Positions 32,060 to 43,114 of a stretch of DNA of 64,000 nucleotides are shown one piece after another. The notes below the pieces were generated by a model. It was not told the DNA's origin and made no database searches. It saw only the letters and a list, made by a program, of their open reading frames with translations. Each line of letters opens with the position of its first letter. Positions within the stretch are counted from its first letter, which is position 1. This stretch comes from Eukaryota sp. TZLM1-RC (Eukaryota; Protista; Metamonada: BaSk clade): positions 3,162,001 through 3,226,000 of the forward strand of contig JAUPSS010000003.1 of assembly GCA_040285825.1 (NCBI GenBank), read 5' to 3'. The position numbers were made by a program, and so were the translations under genes.

Positions 32060-35000
32060 CTAAAATCTTAAACTCCTTAAACTAACATCTGCTAAATTCT
32101 TCACCTCTTCATCACCACTCTCTATTTTTAAAGAACCCAACACCGCTTCGATAGTCGTCCTTCTCTTTCTCAATGCTGACTCTTCCGTAGAACCCCTCCT
32201 AAGGCTTGCAGAGGATATCCAACGATACAGAAAGTTAACAAACCCTTGTTCAAAATAATTTCTTAATTGACTATCAACATGAATTAAACTTGGTGGCGCC
32301 GAGATTAATAATTCAAACGCATCTAACAGCTCAACATGTGAAATATTTGCGTCCAAAAGCAATGAGACCGGACAATAAGGATCACGAATTGAATATTGAA
32401 CGCCTGCCACTAATAGCAGACCCAAAACTAAGTGTAAAGGAAATGCAGTCCTTGAGGGATAAAGGATATTGATAAATTCTGTTAATCTGTTCGAAAAAAC
32501 CGACCAAGAAATTGAGCTCATGTATTCAGTGACTAGATCATACCAAATTTTGGAGACTAGACTGTCATCCGAAAAATTAGACACATGAATAATCTCCAAG
32601 CTTGATTCATAGACATTGTATCTACTAGAAAACTCATTAAACATCTCAGTAGGTGTTAGTAAGTTATTGGTTAGCCTGCCTTGTTCGTCTGGGGAGAGTT
32701 GACCGTTTGAGAGACGGTGCAGAAGTCTTCTTTGGACTTCAGCAACATCAAGATAATCAGAAATTACTTGAATTTCTTCAACAGTCAACGGCTTATCATT
32801 ATCGACGGAAACTGCCGCTTTTGCATTGTTAAGAGCACGTGATAAAAGGTCGACACGGTCAGAAATCGTCATATTTTGAGCAATGATTGCCTTCTCTTTT
32901 AAAATTCTTGCTGCTTCTCCATGTTTTCCAGCTCTGATATAATATTTCCAAAACAAGTTCACGTCCTGCTGCGTAGTGTAAAGTTCTTTGATAAACTGTT
33001 CCAAATAAGTGTTTGGCCTAAAAGATAATAAAACTTCAGATTCGTGATTAATAACAAAGTAGTCGTAAAATGAGTAGTGAAATTCTTGGTTTTGAATTTC
33101 GCACAAAGTGTCAATAATCTTCTTTTTGAGCTCTTGTGCATAAGTTGACGTTATTGCTGATGTGTCACCTTCCCTACCCATTCCAAACGTTCTGAAAGGA
33201 ACCGAAACCACATCCATCATTGCTTGATAGGCCGTTGCTCGTTCTTGATCGGAAAGTTTTGGGTTTTTTGAAATAAAAGTAGAAACAAGAATCAAGGGGC
33301 ATAAATAATCTCCTGCTTGTCCAAACATAGAAATTTCGTTACTGACACTTGTCACGCTCAATGTCGACAGAGAAGAGATCAAAGTATTACAAGCATCCGA
33401 TGTCAACTCAAAAGCTTGTAATTCAGCAGTAGAGTCACCATTACGTGGCTTTGGTACTGAATCAATCAATTTGATTGCCGAATTTACCCGTTCACGTGAT
33501 CTAAAACGTGATTGATCTTCTATGGAAAAGAACAAAGGTGCTTTTAACCCAAAGTGAGAAACAACTTCCGAAAACGTAAATAAAGGCTTGTCTGTAATGC
33601 CGGGTGACAGACAAGAAGAAATTATCATTGTAAGAGCTTCTTTTTGGGATTCAATCAATTTTGATAGCGTTAATGTCTCATAAATCTTGACTGTTGACGA
33701 GTCAACGTCATCACCGACTCTTGGTGACGTGGCAGCAAATTCGTTTGAAGTGTCAACAAGTTTCAAGCGCTGACCTCCCAACTTTTTATATATATAATCA
33801 AGAACAAAAACTGCCTGGCAGCAAGAATCTATGGCTTTGGCTATGGTATTGAATTGCTTTGCAGCTATTGAATCAGAAGACTTGATGGGAATCAAAGATG
33901 CCAAGTGTCTCAACGTGACTAAATTTTGGAGTTTTTGAAGTGAGCAGTAAGTAGAAGAAATCAAGTCAGGATCAACTGAAAATTTCAAAGTGACCCTTGA
34001 CTTTGATCTCTTCAGTGAGCTTCGTGTGACTTCAACATTGAATAATTTACTATTCCACAAAGGCTGCACTACATCATGAAAAACTTTCGACAATGCAATC
34101 AACCCAGAAGGCAAGTCACGTGCAGGCAGGTCTTTATTACCACAAAAGAGATCAAAAGAGCTCACTGTAGATACATGTGCGAAACGTTGAAAAATTCGTT
34201 CTGCTTCTGCCGCGTTACCCTTGCCCGACAACAATTTCATTGAGTCATTTATTAGCAACCTCAAACAAAGAAAGCAAACCTCAACAGTTCCGATTTTGGC
34301 AACAAGGGGTTCCAGGTCCAAAGAACCTACTGTTTGGGAAGCAATTTCATCAATTAGTCGGAATTGCTCAAATTTGGTTAGAGAAAGGGGAGTGAGAATC
34401 CAAACGGCATTAGGGTCATTTTTATCACGTTTATCGACTGGAACAAGGTCAAAAACATGACCTTCTAATGGAAACAGTCTTGGTTCGTCTTCTCGGCTAT
34501 CACGTGAACTGACTGGAAAATTTGTCGAAGAGGGGTAACAACTGATGAGGACTAAACTATCAAAGTTGATATCCCGTTTAGCAAATGCAAATAATTCATT
34601 CGACAAGGCAGCTTTTCTTACTTCCATGGTACCACTGGTGATATTAGGTCTCAAAGTACTGGTGACGTGATCCGACACGTGTCGAGAAGAGCTCAGTGAA
34701 ATATTGGGTACACCAGACGTTGTGACGACCTTGGCACCACTTTTACTTGTCAAAAATAGACGAATTCCACCTCTCGTAACGGCAACTGCCTCACACAAAT
34801 CGGAAACCAATGACGTGTCATGACGTGGCAAGATTCCTATCGAGCATATTTCCAGTCGAGAATCAACAGAATCATCCAAATGCACGTCCTTTATTGGGTC
34901 ATGAATCGTTCCCAGTAACTTCAAGTATCCCTCTGGAGAATCAGAAAAAGAATACACAGAAATACTTGACTTTGATTTCGGAAGGTCACGTGATATGATG

Positions 35001-35662
35001 GACCAGATTGATGACGTGAGAGGGTGAATAACCCATAGTAAATGACGGTCATGGTCCAAAAATAGACAATTTTGACCATTCTTCCAACGACTTCCCTTGA
35101 CTAATGTGATTTGTTTACACTGTGGCTTGCTACTCTTATCCATAAAAGGAAGAAAAGACAGTATACCAGGCGAAGAAGCATATGAAAACTCATGAACCGC
35201 ACCATCAGCGTAACCTATGAATAGCCTTCCCGACCTTGATGACGTCATTGATATGACAGGATGGTCAGAAACAGGGATGGCTAGGTTAGTGGAGAGGAGA
35301 CGTATGGGAGAGGAAGAGTCGTTGGGATGGTCAAAGATGATGGCGAGTAAGGTGACATAAGCAGTGGTGGCAACGGCAAGCAGATGCTTGACTTCAGGTT
35401 GAAAGACACCAGGGAAAGGAGTAATTACTGTGACATAAGTAATAAGCTGATCGAGACCATCGTACATGTTAATGTCAGTAGGAGCCACATGATGAGCAGA
35501 AGAATCGACATAACGCCAAAAAAAGACTTTGTTATCCACTGTGAGACATACACGATTTATCTCCTGGAAGAGTCTGAGATCCCACCGGGACTGAAGATTT
35601 GCTTGACATTGTTGTCGTAGTACCTCTGGAAGCTGAAGAGAAGAGGTCTTTAGGAAGCGCAT
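32060..35662 (-). CDS. NUP155: Nucleoporin Nup155/Nup170
   Basis: LFQEINRVCLTVDNKVFFWRY, YDGLDQLI..V...PGVF, LAVATT, SGRLF.G.DG.VHE..Y, FHYSFYDY, FWKYY, RVDLLSRA, VAEVQ; 1200 aa. Confidence 0.92.
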   Translation of the reverse strand: MRFLKTSSLQLPEVLRQQCQANLQSRWDLRLFQEINRVCLTVDNKVFFWRYVDSSAHHVAPTDINMYDGLDQLITYVTVITPFPGVFQPEVKHLLAVATTAYVTLLAIIFDHPNDSSSPIRLLSTNLAIPVSDHPVISMTSSRSGRLFIGYADGAVHEFSYASSPGILSFLPFMDKSSKPQCKQITLVKGSRWKNGQNCLFLDHDRHLLWVIHPLTSSIWSIISRDLPKSKSSISVYSFSDSPEGYLKLLGTIHDPIKDVHLDDSVDSRLEICSIGILPRHDTSLVSDLCEAVAVTRGGIRLFLTSKSGAKVVTTSGVPNISLSSSRHVSDHVTSTLRPNITSGTMEVRKAALSNELFAFAKRDINFDSLVLISCYPSSTNFPVSSRDSREDEPRLFPLEGHVFDLVPVDKRDKNDPNAVWILTPLSLTKFEQFRLIDEIASQTVGSLDLEPLVAKIGTVEVCFLCLRLLINDSMKLLSGKGNAAEAERIFQRFAHVSTVSSFDLFCGNKDLPARDLPSGLIALSKVFHDVVQPLWNSKLFNVEVTRSSLKRSKSRVTLKFSVDPDLISSTYCSLQKLQNLVTLRHLASLIPIKSSDSIAAKQFNTIAKAIDSCCQAVFVLDYIYKKLGGQRLKLVDTSNEFAATSPRVGDDVDSSTVKIYETLTLSKLIESQKEALTMIISSCLSPGITDKPLFTFSEVVSHFGLKAPLFFSIEDQSRFRSRERVNSAIKLIDSVPKPRNGDSTAELQAFELTSDACNTLISSLSTLSVTSVSNEISMFGQAGDYLCPLILVSTFISKNPKLSDQERATAYQAMMDVVSVPFRTFGMGREGDTSAITSTYAQELKKKIIDTLCEIQNQEFHYSFYDYFVINHESEVLLSFRPNTYLEQFIKELYTTQQDVNLFWKYYIRAGKHGEAARILKEKAIIAQNMTISDRVDLLSRALNNAKAAVSVDNDKPLTVEEIQVISDYLDVAEVQRRLLHRLSNGQLSPDEQGRLTNNLLTPTEMFNEFSSRYNVYESSLEIIHVSNFSDDSLVSKIWYDLVTEYMSSISWSVFSNRLTEFINILYPSRTAFPLHLVLGLLLVAGVQYSIRDPYCPVSLLLDANISHVELLDAFELLISAPPSLIHVDSQLRNYFEQGFVNFLYRWISSASLRRGSTEESALRKRRTTIEAVLGSLKIESGDEEVKNLADVSLRSLRF

Positions 35663-36151
35663 TTTGATGGTTAATTGAGGTGGTATTTCCCTTTATAATT
35701 TGCAATCACAATATTGTATAGCTTTCTTTTCAATTCCATGAAGATGTAATTGTAGATGCTTTACCTCTTAAAGTTGGTTGACGTGTGGTAGTTCCAGACG
35801 TAGCTGATGTATGTATAGGGGGACACAAATGTTGTGTAATAGTAAAGGAACAATTCACATTAAAAACAATGATACACATAAAGGATCAGCGAATTTGATT
35901 GGTTTTTATATTGTTCAGGAATTTGTTTGTTAAGTAGAAAAGTCTGTGTAGTTTTTTATCTTGTTTTCATGATATCACCCAAAATCATATAACCGCACAC
36001 AAACTCTCTCTAAGCTATAAATGTTACTTCGTATACATTTATTGACTAGTTAAAGGATCACCTTTTTGGATTGAAACATCTTGTTTCAATCAAGTTCAAT
36101 ATTAAATTATCTTTATCAATAATTTACTTTTTTCTAAACTCTCTTTCACAA

Positions 36152-36621
36152 ATGGCTCCCGAAGAACAAAAGATTGCTCAGCCCGAAGAAGAAGAAGACT
36201 TTGACGTCTTTGGAGAAGAAGACGAAGAAGAACAAGCCAAGCTCCTTGAGCAAAAGGCTAAGGAAGCCCAGAAGCGCATTGATGAGCGCAACAAGGCCAA
36301 GGGCAAGGATGTCATCGCCAAGTCCCTCATCGTCATGGTTTGTTTTGGTTTTTTGTTATCTTATCTCAGGACATCAAAACATGGGGTCCAGAAATTGACA
36401 TCGATGAACTTGCTAACAAACTCAAGGAAGAAGTTCAACGTGATGGTCTTGTTTGGGGATCCCACACCAAGGTTCCCATTGGTTTCGGTGTTTCTAAACT
36501 CCAACAAACTTTGGTTATCGAAGACGAAAAGATTCCATCCATGGACGAAGTTCAAGAAGCTATTGAAGAACTTGATGACTACGTTCAATCCACTGACATT
36601 GTGTCTTTCAATAAGCTTTAA
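36152..36621 (+). CDS. EEF1B: Translation elongation factor 1-beta/delta (GEF domain only), 2 exons
   Basis: DFDVFGEEDEE, AKSLIVM|DIKTWG, DGLVWG..KVPIGFGVSKLQ, DDYVQSTDIVSFNKL. Intron at 36338-36369. Confidence 0.93.
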
Positions 36622-37176
36622 TTTTGCGGGATTCTTAGCCTTTATAAACAAATATTTACACTTCTCTTATTTTTTCACTGTCGATCATAACTATGTTAAT
36701 TTTGGATTTCACTCTACTGCTGATTAAAACTGTACAAACACAACCAAACAATGATTTATAATCTATTTTATTGAGGTTGAGTTGATTTGCTCATGAATTG
36801 GAAACAGAGAACACAAAGAAACTACAATGGTTGATATAAAAGAATTGAAGATTATTAGTGGACGTAGCAGTCATTTTAGTTTATTGGTGAGGTTTATTAT
36901 GCAGTTTTCCAACAAAGGCATGTTGTTATCCATTCTGATAAAGTACAATCTGGTTAACAATCATTTCCAATAAAAATCTCAGTTGTTTCCATGGAAAATT
37001 TAATTTGAATCACTGAAGTAATGCCAAAACAATGATATATTACTTAAATAAACCAAAATAAACTTGAAGACTAATTTACAAAATCACAACACAAACACCA
37101 AAAAAAGTGTCCAAAAGATAAAGACTAGAAATAAATATAACAACCAAGATACATATTTTCAAATCCCAACCCCCTC

Positions 37177-40100
37177 TCACAGAATGACACAGCAGCTACC
37201 ACCTGAGGTGGGAACAGGGGTCCTTTCGAACCGTGAAGAAGGACGAGAGGAAGGTAAAGGAGAAGGTATCCTCAGAACCACATCTCTCAATCGCAGTTGC
37301 GAGACCAACTCCTTCGCAACATCACTGGAAATGTAATGAAAGGCAGATTTTCTTCCTTTATCAAGTCTGTATGGATCAACACCTACCGTGATAAGCAACT
37401 CACACACTTGGATTAAATGACCAGTTTTACTATTAAAGTTTCCACGATGCCGTTTGGATAGGTGCTTGAACATATCTGGGGTCATATCAGGATCAAGAAA
37501 TGATAAATCTATCGTTTCAGAATGACTTGATAGCAGATAATGAAGTGGAGTGCGACCATAGTTATCAATACTATGTTTTACCATCTCCTTGTCAATGGAA
37601 ATCAGTAGCTTCACCATGGATAAAGTGTTTTTAAAATCATCGCCTATAGCAGTCCCATCACTTGACCATTTCTTTTTACATCCACTGATACAAGCAAAAT
37701 GTAACGGAGAAACTCCATTTTTACCACTTGAAAGGGCAGAACCAGCCCTCAAAAGCTCCTTGGCAATGCTTAAATTGCTGCAAAGTAAAGCAAAATGTAG
37801 AGGTAATGTTGCCGACAAAACCACATATTCAGAAATCGCAGCAACAAAGGCAGAAACTGCTAAAGATTCTTTCTCTGTCTTGCTCATTCTTGCCTCAACG
37901 TTGAAAAAAGAAGAATCGTACTGATTACCTAAAAACTTAATGACACCATCAACATTGGTGCATCTGGACATTGCAGCTCTGTGCAGGCAGGTTAAACCTT
38001 GTTTGTCAAAGGTGATGTTGAGAGTGGAATACTCCAAAAGCTGAGTTAAGCAAGGCTCAAAACCACGTGGGATGATGACGTGACAAGGATAAGAACTGTG
38101 AAGAAATGATTGATGAGGTGGCACTTTTGAGAAAATAAACTTAATTATATCAGGATTACCCCCCAAACAAGCAAAATAACCTGTCCTCATGTAGTTATCT
38201 ACTAGAAAAGCTTCTAAGTTCGCGCCACTTCTGACTGCATGCAAGACAAACTCCAACAGACCCATATTGGCTCCACTTACGAGCGCACGATAGAAATCTG
38301 ACAAATGAGGTCTGATATTGAAAGATATCAAGAGTTTGCATATAGATAATCGCAAGGTTTGTAATGATTCTACTGACGAGGTGAAATTTTCAGCAACAGT
38401 AGCTTGATCTCTTCCTAGAATAAATGCCAAAATTTCAATATTTTGAGACAGAAAAGGACTCCAACTGAAAAGACACTCAAAGCTCTTGTCACTGCTGCCA
38501 TCTGCACCGTGAATGAGCAAAGTCCTAACAGTAGCTTCATTAAGGTGCCTCAAAGCTACATGGAGGGGAGTTTCACCTGGTCCAACCCGCTCTAAGCAAA
38601 ACCTAAAACACACAGATTTTTGAGTTTTCTTTGAACCAAGTTCTCGAGGTGTAGAAGCCGTTGGATGGAGCGTTGGTCGACGGACAACATATCTTCCCTT
38701 CTCCTTTTGTGAAAGGTCAGACGTCGTTGAATCTGATATAGAGAGAGCTACAGCAGAAGGGGATACGGGGAGGAAAAGAGAAGTTTTTAATGGTTGATGA
38801 GCATCTATAATGTACTCTGTCCTAGCGTTAATATGGACTTTCTTATTCAGCAGACACCGAACTATCTTAAAATGAGATTTTGGAAATACACAGGCCAAAT
38901 GAAGAATTGAGAGTCCCATACCACATTCAATAAGAGGAGAAGAAAACCCAAAACCAGCCCACTTGCCGATCAAAACGTTTGAATCATCAGTTGATAGCTG
39001 GGAATAAGCCAAGGATGTTAACGATTCATTAGATTTCAATATCGCTCTGAGCAAGTTTTCCATAGGGTCGCTGTTCTGACTGTGTGACACGTCCCCATCA
39101 CAAGCGGAATCGTCATAACTTGACGTTGTGGTGGTTACAGGAACTTCAAGTCTGCCAGAAGACGTTTGGTTGGACGAAGTTTGTAGTTTAGCAATGACAG
39201 AAAGCATTCGTACTGTGTTGTGACATTTTAATTCCAACCCAAATTCAATCAAATTTAGCCCCTTAAATGCTGATTCCTTGAATAATAACTTATTGAGCTT
39301 ACTATCATCATCTACAGAATCTTCAGTGACTCCATGCTCTGCCAGAACTGTTCTCAGAGTTTCACCATTGTTAGAAGCCACTGCCATGTGGAGACAAGTG
39401 AGTTTGCCAAAACATTTGGTTTTAATATCACCTCCATGAGCGATTAAAAGCTTAATGAGATCAGTGTAGCCGTAGAAACAGGCAGTGTGAAGAGGGGTTC
39501 TAGCGGCAACTATCAAATCATCTGATTGATTGATGATGTTTACAAGGTTTGATTCGACAGCACTTTCTGATGGACCCAAATTAGGACTAAAACCAACCTC
39601 TAATAAATACTTCGTGACTTGGTAGCATCTTGCTTCAACTGAATAATGTAACGGGGTATGACCTTTATCATCAGATACTTTATAAAGCTCGCAAAGCGTC
39701 GAATCTTGTTGTTTGAGGTTGTGTATGAGCATTTTGATGGTAGAGAGGCTACAGTTTTGGGCGGCTAAGTGAATTGGAGTGACACTAGAAGCGTCTCCAA
39801 TCATTGGGGAAACTAAGTTTTGTGAAAGAATCAAGTCGGTAATATTGGAATGATTACCCTTGACAGCTAGGTGTAGCACTGTTTCCCCATTTGCATTCAC
39901 CATTCCTACATCAGCTCCGTTAGCTAATAGAGACCTAAAACTGTCAAAGGAACCTTCATGAGCGGCAATGTGGAGAGGGGTGTCGAGAGAGAGGTTTTGG
40001 TGATTAACAATGATGTCACTAGTCCACGTGAAAAGGCAATCAATCAATTTTGATTGATTAGTCATTGCCGCGAATGACAGAGGTGGGTCTTGTCCTTTAT

Positions 40101-41787
40101 GCGTCGTGTTTACGTCAACACCTAATGAAAGGAAAAAAGCGGCTGTACAGATCCTTCCCCTCGCTGCCGCCATGTGCAAGGGGGTAAGTCCCTCATTATC
40201 AGCAGTTGTAAAAACCATATTACGTCTGTATAAGAAGAAAAGACATCTCAAAGCACAGACCGCAGAGGGACACCTAGCCTTCATGTAGATATTATGCTTC
40301 AATTTAATATAGTAAGGGCGTTCACTTGGCGAGGGTTTTGACACAAAAGAATGATGCTTACAGACGATACCAATAGCACCAAAATGAGCAGCAGTACATC
40401 CATTATAATCGGTTTTGTGAATATCGACATCACAATGCTCGACAAGATAACGAACCACCTCATATCTTCCATTCTCCACTGCCGCTGACAAGGCGTAGAC
40501 AGAGACTTTTGGAAGTTCGTCATGGTCTAGAGGAAGCTCAAAATACATCGGATCGACTCCTTGAGATAGCAAAAATTTTACAGATTCAATGTTACCACTA
40601 AGACAAGCGTATCTGAATATAGATGCTCCTGTAAAGTCTACTATTGCTAATAAGTTACCAGGCTCTTGTTGCAATTCCTCTTGGCTTGGTTGTGCAAAGC
40701 TAAACTTGGGAGCATCCGTGACATAAGAATCAGTAAATGACTGGGAAAGTGAGTCAGATTCCGTTATCGACACTCCTGATGACGATGCCTTACGTGATGA
40801 GGTAACATCATCAACAGACTCAGCAAAACTATCGGAAAAGACTGGCGTTTGGGGTGGCAAGTGCGCAGTTGATAACAAATTCTCGTTACTACCTTGTTGT
40901 GAAGCTATGAAAGATTCTACCAAATACTTTAACGTCGCATGGGCGTCAGGGGAGCTTGACCCGGCCGCCAAAGCTAGAGGAGTGAGCTGATTAATGTCGG
41001 GAATGTCAACCAAAGCATCAGCAGCAACCAAGAACCTACAAACTTCAACAGATCCAGACAGAGCAGCATAATGAAGAGGTTGGCGAAGATTGTTATCGGA
41101 AGAATCAACAGAAGCTCCGTGCAATAGCAAAACGCGTACAGTTGAAGGATTACCACTGGCGGAGGCGATGTGAAGAGCTGTTTGACCAAGGGTATTGACT
41201 TGATCAACGTCATGAAGGGTGAGTTCAGAGGAAAGAATTTCTGAAAGCACTCCCAAATGACCATGTCTGGCAGCTAAATGTAGAGCAGTGTCTTCAACCT
41301 CTGTGGAGTCTGTAAGTGATAAGTTGATGTCTGGGTGAGTCAGGAGGGCTCTGACAGTGGTGGTGTGGCCTTCTTGAGCGGCATAGTGGAGAGGGGAGTA
41401 ACCATCGTAATCACGGATGGAGATATTGGCATTATGCTGGAGAAGCAGATTTGTGATGTCTTCAAAGCCACGAATGCATGATATATGGATCGGTGTCATA
41501 CCAGAACTGTCAGTGGCGTCCATGATTTCTTCAGAGGATTGAGGAAATGTGGATGAAATGAAGGAGAGTACGCTTTTGAGGGCAGAAGTGTCATGTTCAA
41601 TCACAAGTGTGTGTAATATGTTGTACCCTGTCATAGACTGTTGAAAGAGCAAGTGGCGAAAGAGCTGCGCCTCTATTGGAGTCTGGATCTTGTCAGATGA
41701 GTGTAAAACAATCTCTTCCGAAGAAGCAGAGTAACGTTTCAGACATGAAAGCACTTCAAGCACAAGGGCTTGGTCAGCACATTTCAT
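37177..41787 (-). CDS. Large ankyrin-repeat protein with C-terminal CaaX box
   Basis: Many G.TPLH.A repeats over 1536 aa; ends GSCCVIL. Confidence 0.9.
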   Translation of the reverse strand: MKCADQALVLEVLSCLKRYSASSEEIVLHSSDKIQTPIEAQLFRHLLFQQSMTGYNILHTLVIEHDTSALKSVLSFISSTFPQSSEEIMDATDSSGMTPIHISCIRGFEDITNLLLQHNANISIRDYDGYSPLHYAAQEGHTTTVRALLTHPDINLSLTDSTEVEDTALHLAARHGHLGVLSEILSSELTLHDVDQVNTLGQTALHIASASGNPSTVRVLLLHGASVDSSDNNLRQPLHYAALSGSVEVCRFLVAADALVDIPDINQLTPLALAAGSSSPDAHATLKYLVESFIASQQGSNENLLSTAHLPPQTPVFSDSFAESVDDVTSSRKASSSGVSITESDSLSQSFTDSYVTDAPKFSFAQPSQEELQQEPGNLLAIVDFTGASIFRYACLSGNIESVKFLLSQGVDPMYFELPLDHDELPKVSVYALSAAVENGRYEVVRYLVEHCDVDIHKTDYNGCTAAHFGAIGIVCKHHSFVSKPSPSERPYYIKLKHNIYMKARCPSAVCALRCLFFLYRRNMVFTTADNEGLTPLHMAAARGRICTAAFFLSLGVDVNTTHKGQDPPLSFAAMTNQSKLIDCLFTWTSDIIVNHQNLSLDTPLHIAAHEGSFDSFRSLLANGADVGMVNANGETVLHLAVKGNHSNITDLILSQNLVSPMIGDASSVTPIHLAAQNCSLSTIKMLIHNLKQQDSTLCELYKVSDDKGHTPLHYSVEARCYQVTKYLLEVGFSPNLGPSESAVESNLVNIINQSDDLIVAARTPLHTACFYGYTDLIKLLIAHGGDIKTKCFGKLTCLHMAVASNNGETLRTVLAEHGVTEDSVDDDSKLNKLLFKESAFKGLNLIEFGLELKCHNTVRMLSVIAKLQTSSNQTSSGRLEVPVTTTTSSYDDSACDGDVSHSQNSDPMENLLRAILKSNESLTSLAYSQLSTDDSNVLIGKWAGFGFSSPLIECGMGLSILHLACVFPKSHFKIVRCLLNKKVHINARTEYIIDAHQPLKTSLFLPVSPSAVALSISDSTTSDLSQKEKGRYVVRRPTLHPTASTPRELGSKKTQKSVCFRFCLERVGPGETPLHVALRHLNEATVRTLLIHGADGSSDKSFECLFSWSPFLSQNIEILAFILGRDQATVAENFTSSVESLQTLRLSICKLLISFNIRPHLSDFYRALVSGANMGLLEFVLHAVRSGANLEAFLVDNYMRTGYFACLGGNPDIIKFIFSKVPPHQSFLHSSYPCHVIIPRGFEPCLTQLLEYSTLNITFDKQGLTCLHRAAMSRCTNVDGVIKFLGNQYDSSFFNVEARMSKTEKESLAVSAFVAAISEYVVLSATLPLHFALLCSNLSIAKELLRAGSALSSGKNGVSPLHFACISGCKKKWSSDGTAIGDDFKNTLSMVKLLISIDKEMVKHSIDNYGRTPLHYLLSSHSETIDLSFLDPDMTPDMFKHLSKRHRGNFNSKTGHLIQVCELLITVGVDPYRLDKGRKSAFHYISSDVAKELVSQLRLRDVVLRIPSPLPSSRPSSRFERTPVPTSGGSCCVIL

Positions 41788-42199
41788 CGAAGATAACTCG
41801 AAACTATGATTGTGAAACTGTTTGTGAAAAGAATGTGATGTTTCTTATTTTGGTAACAGGCAAGAATGCTTGTGACGTTGCCTAGTGAATCTGATTTAAC
41901 TTGCAACAAGACATCACATATATGTAAGAAAATCGCATTTCATCCACAGCTTGTGGGTTCAGGGCTTCACTTATTGTACTTTTCAAATACTTGATTTATT
42001 TAGAAATATTACACTGTTTAATATAATGGTTTATTAGTTTCATTTTAACATAATTTGGAATTTAAAATTAAACTGTTCAGTACACCAAAAAAATTGAGTT
42101 GTATGTAACACATTCGTCACTGTGACGTCTCTGCGATCTGGTGACGGTTTTGACGTATAACCTCTGTTCAAATCATTTTTGATTGAAATTTGTTTGCAG

Positions 42200-42930
42200 G
42201 ATTTTTCATTCGGAGTTAAGTATCTGGTTTACAATTATTCTTCATTCAGAAAACAAAAAGCTTTTCAGTTTTTATCAGAAGTTTCTGGTCATTGCTGAAT
42301 TTCAGCTAGTTCATATTTTATTGATCATCCTCCACCATTATTTGGATTGTGGGTAGGAGAACATATTTGGAGATTCATTAAGAAAATGCGTTTGAAAGTA
42401 CCTGTTAACGTTGGTCATACAGGTTTGAGGTGTAGATGTGGACAATTTGCTACTTTGCACGAAATTTTCAATTGCAACAAATTTGGAAAATTTCGGTCAA
42501 CTAATCGGATGTTTCCTCGTTTAAAGAAACAGTTCATTTCATATCTTTAGATACCAAATACTTAAAGAAATACTTGAAGAATTCCAGCAATAATGGAATT
42601 CAAAGGAATGTTTGATTTATTGATTGATGCTGCGACAGTTAAGATAACTAATGATACAAGGACAGCAAGATGTGGAGCAAATATTAGCTTGAAAAGAATA
42701 GATCAAGCATAATCAATGTGATTTTTTTTCAGATTAATGCGTTTTTCAATTCTAAACGAAGATAACTGGGATGTTTAATGATTTTGCTATTGCTGTTAAT
42801 GGACGTTTAAGTTCTGCAGCAAGTTTGCAATTGAATGATTTTATTGTCTTAATACCTAAAAGGTGGTTTTTCGTTAAGTATACATATCTGGACCAATCGA
42901 ATTGTTGTCAGCTTGGATAAAGACATTGTA
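42200..42930 (+). mobile_element. Highly degenerate CRE-like REL fragment (another family)
   Basis: FIKKMRLKVP...CRCGQFATLHEIFNC..FRS (CCHC knuckle) and a downstream FAIAVNGRL-like motif. Confidence 0.5.
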
Positions 42931-43114
42931 ATATTAGTTGACACTGTGAAACTTGTTCTCGCTCAAAGAGTGTCTAAGAATGTGGGTTGAGATTCGTTCC
43001 CTTCCCTTCTGAGGAAGTAATTGGTGGAAAAGCTTTGGATCCAAATTCTGTTTATACAAAAAGGCTTCAGGAATACAATATTTTGATTTTTCCACTATTC
43101 TTGGCACCAATGCT

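Noticed and set aside
36071-36727. 218-aa ORF as a single-exon protein
   Set aside because: It reads through the 32-nt intron of eEF1B into the wrong frame.
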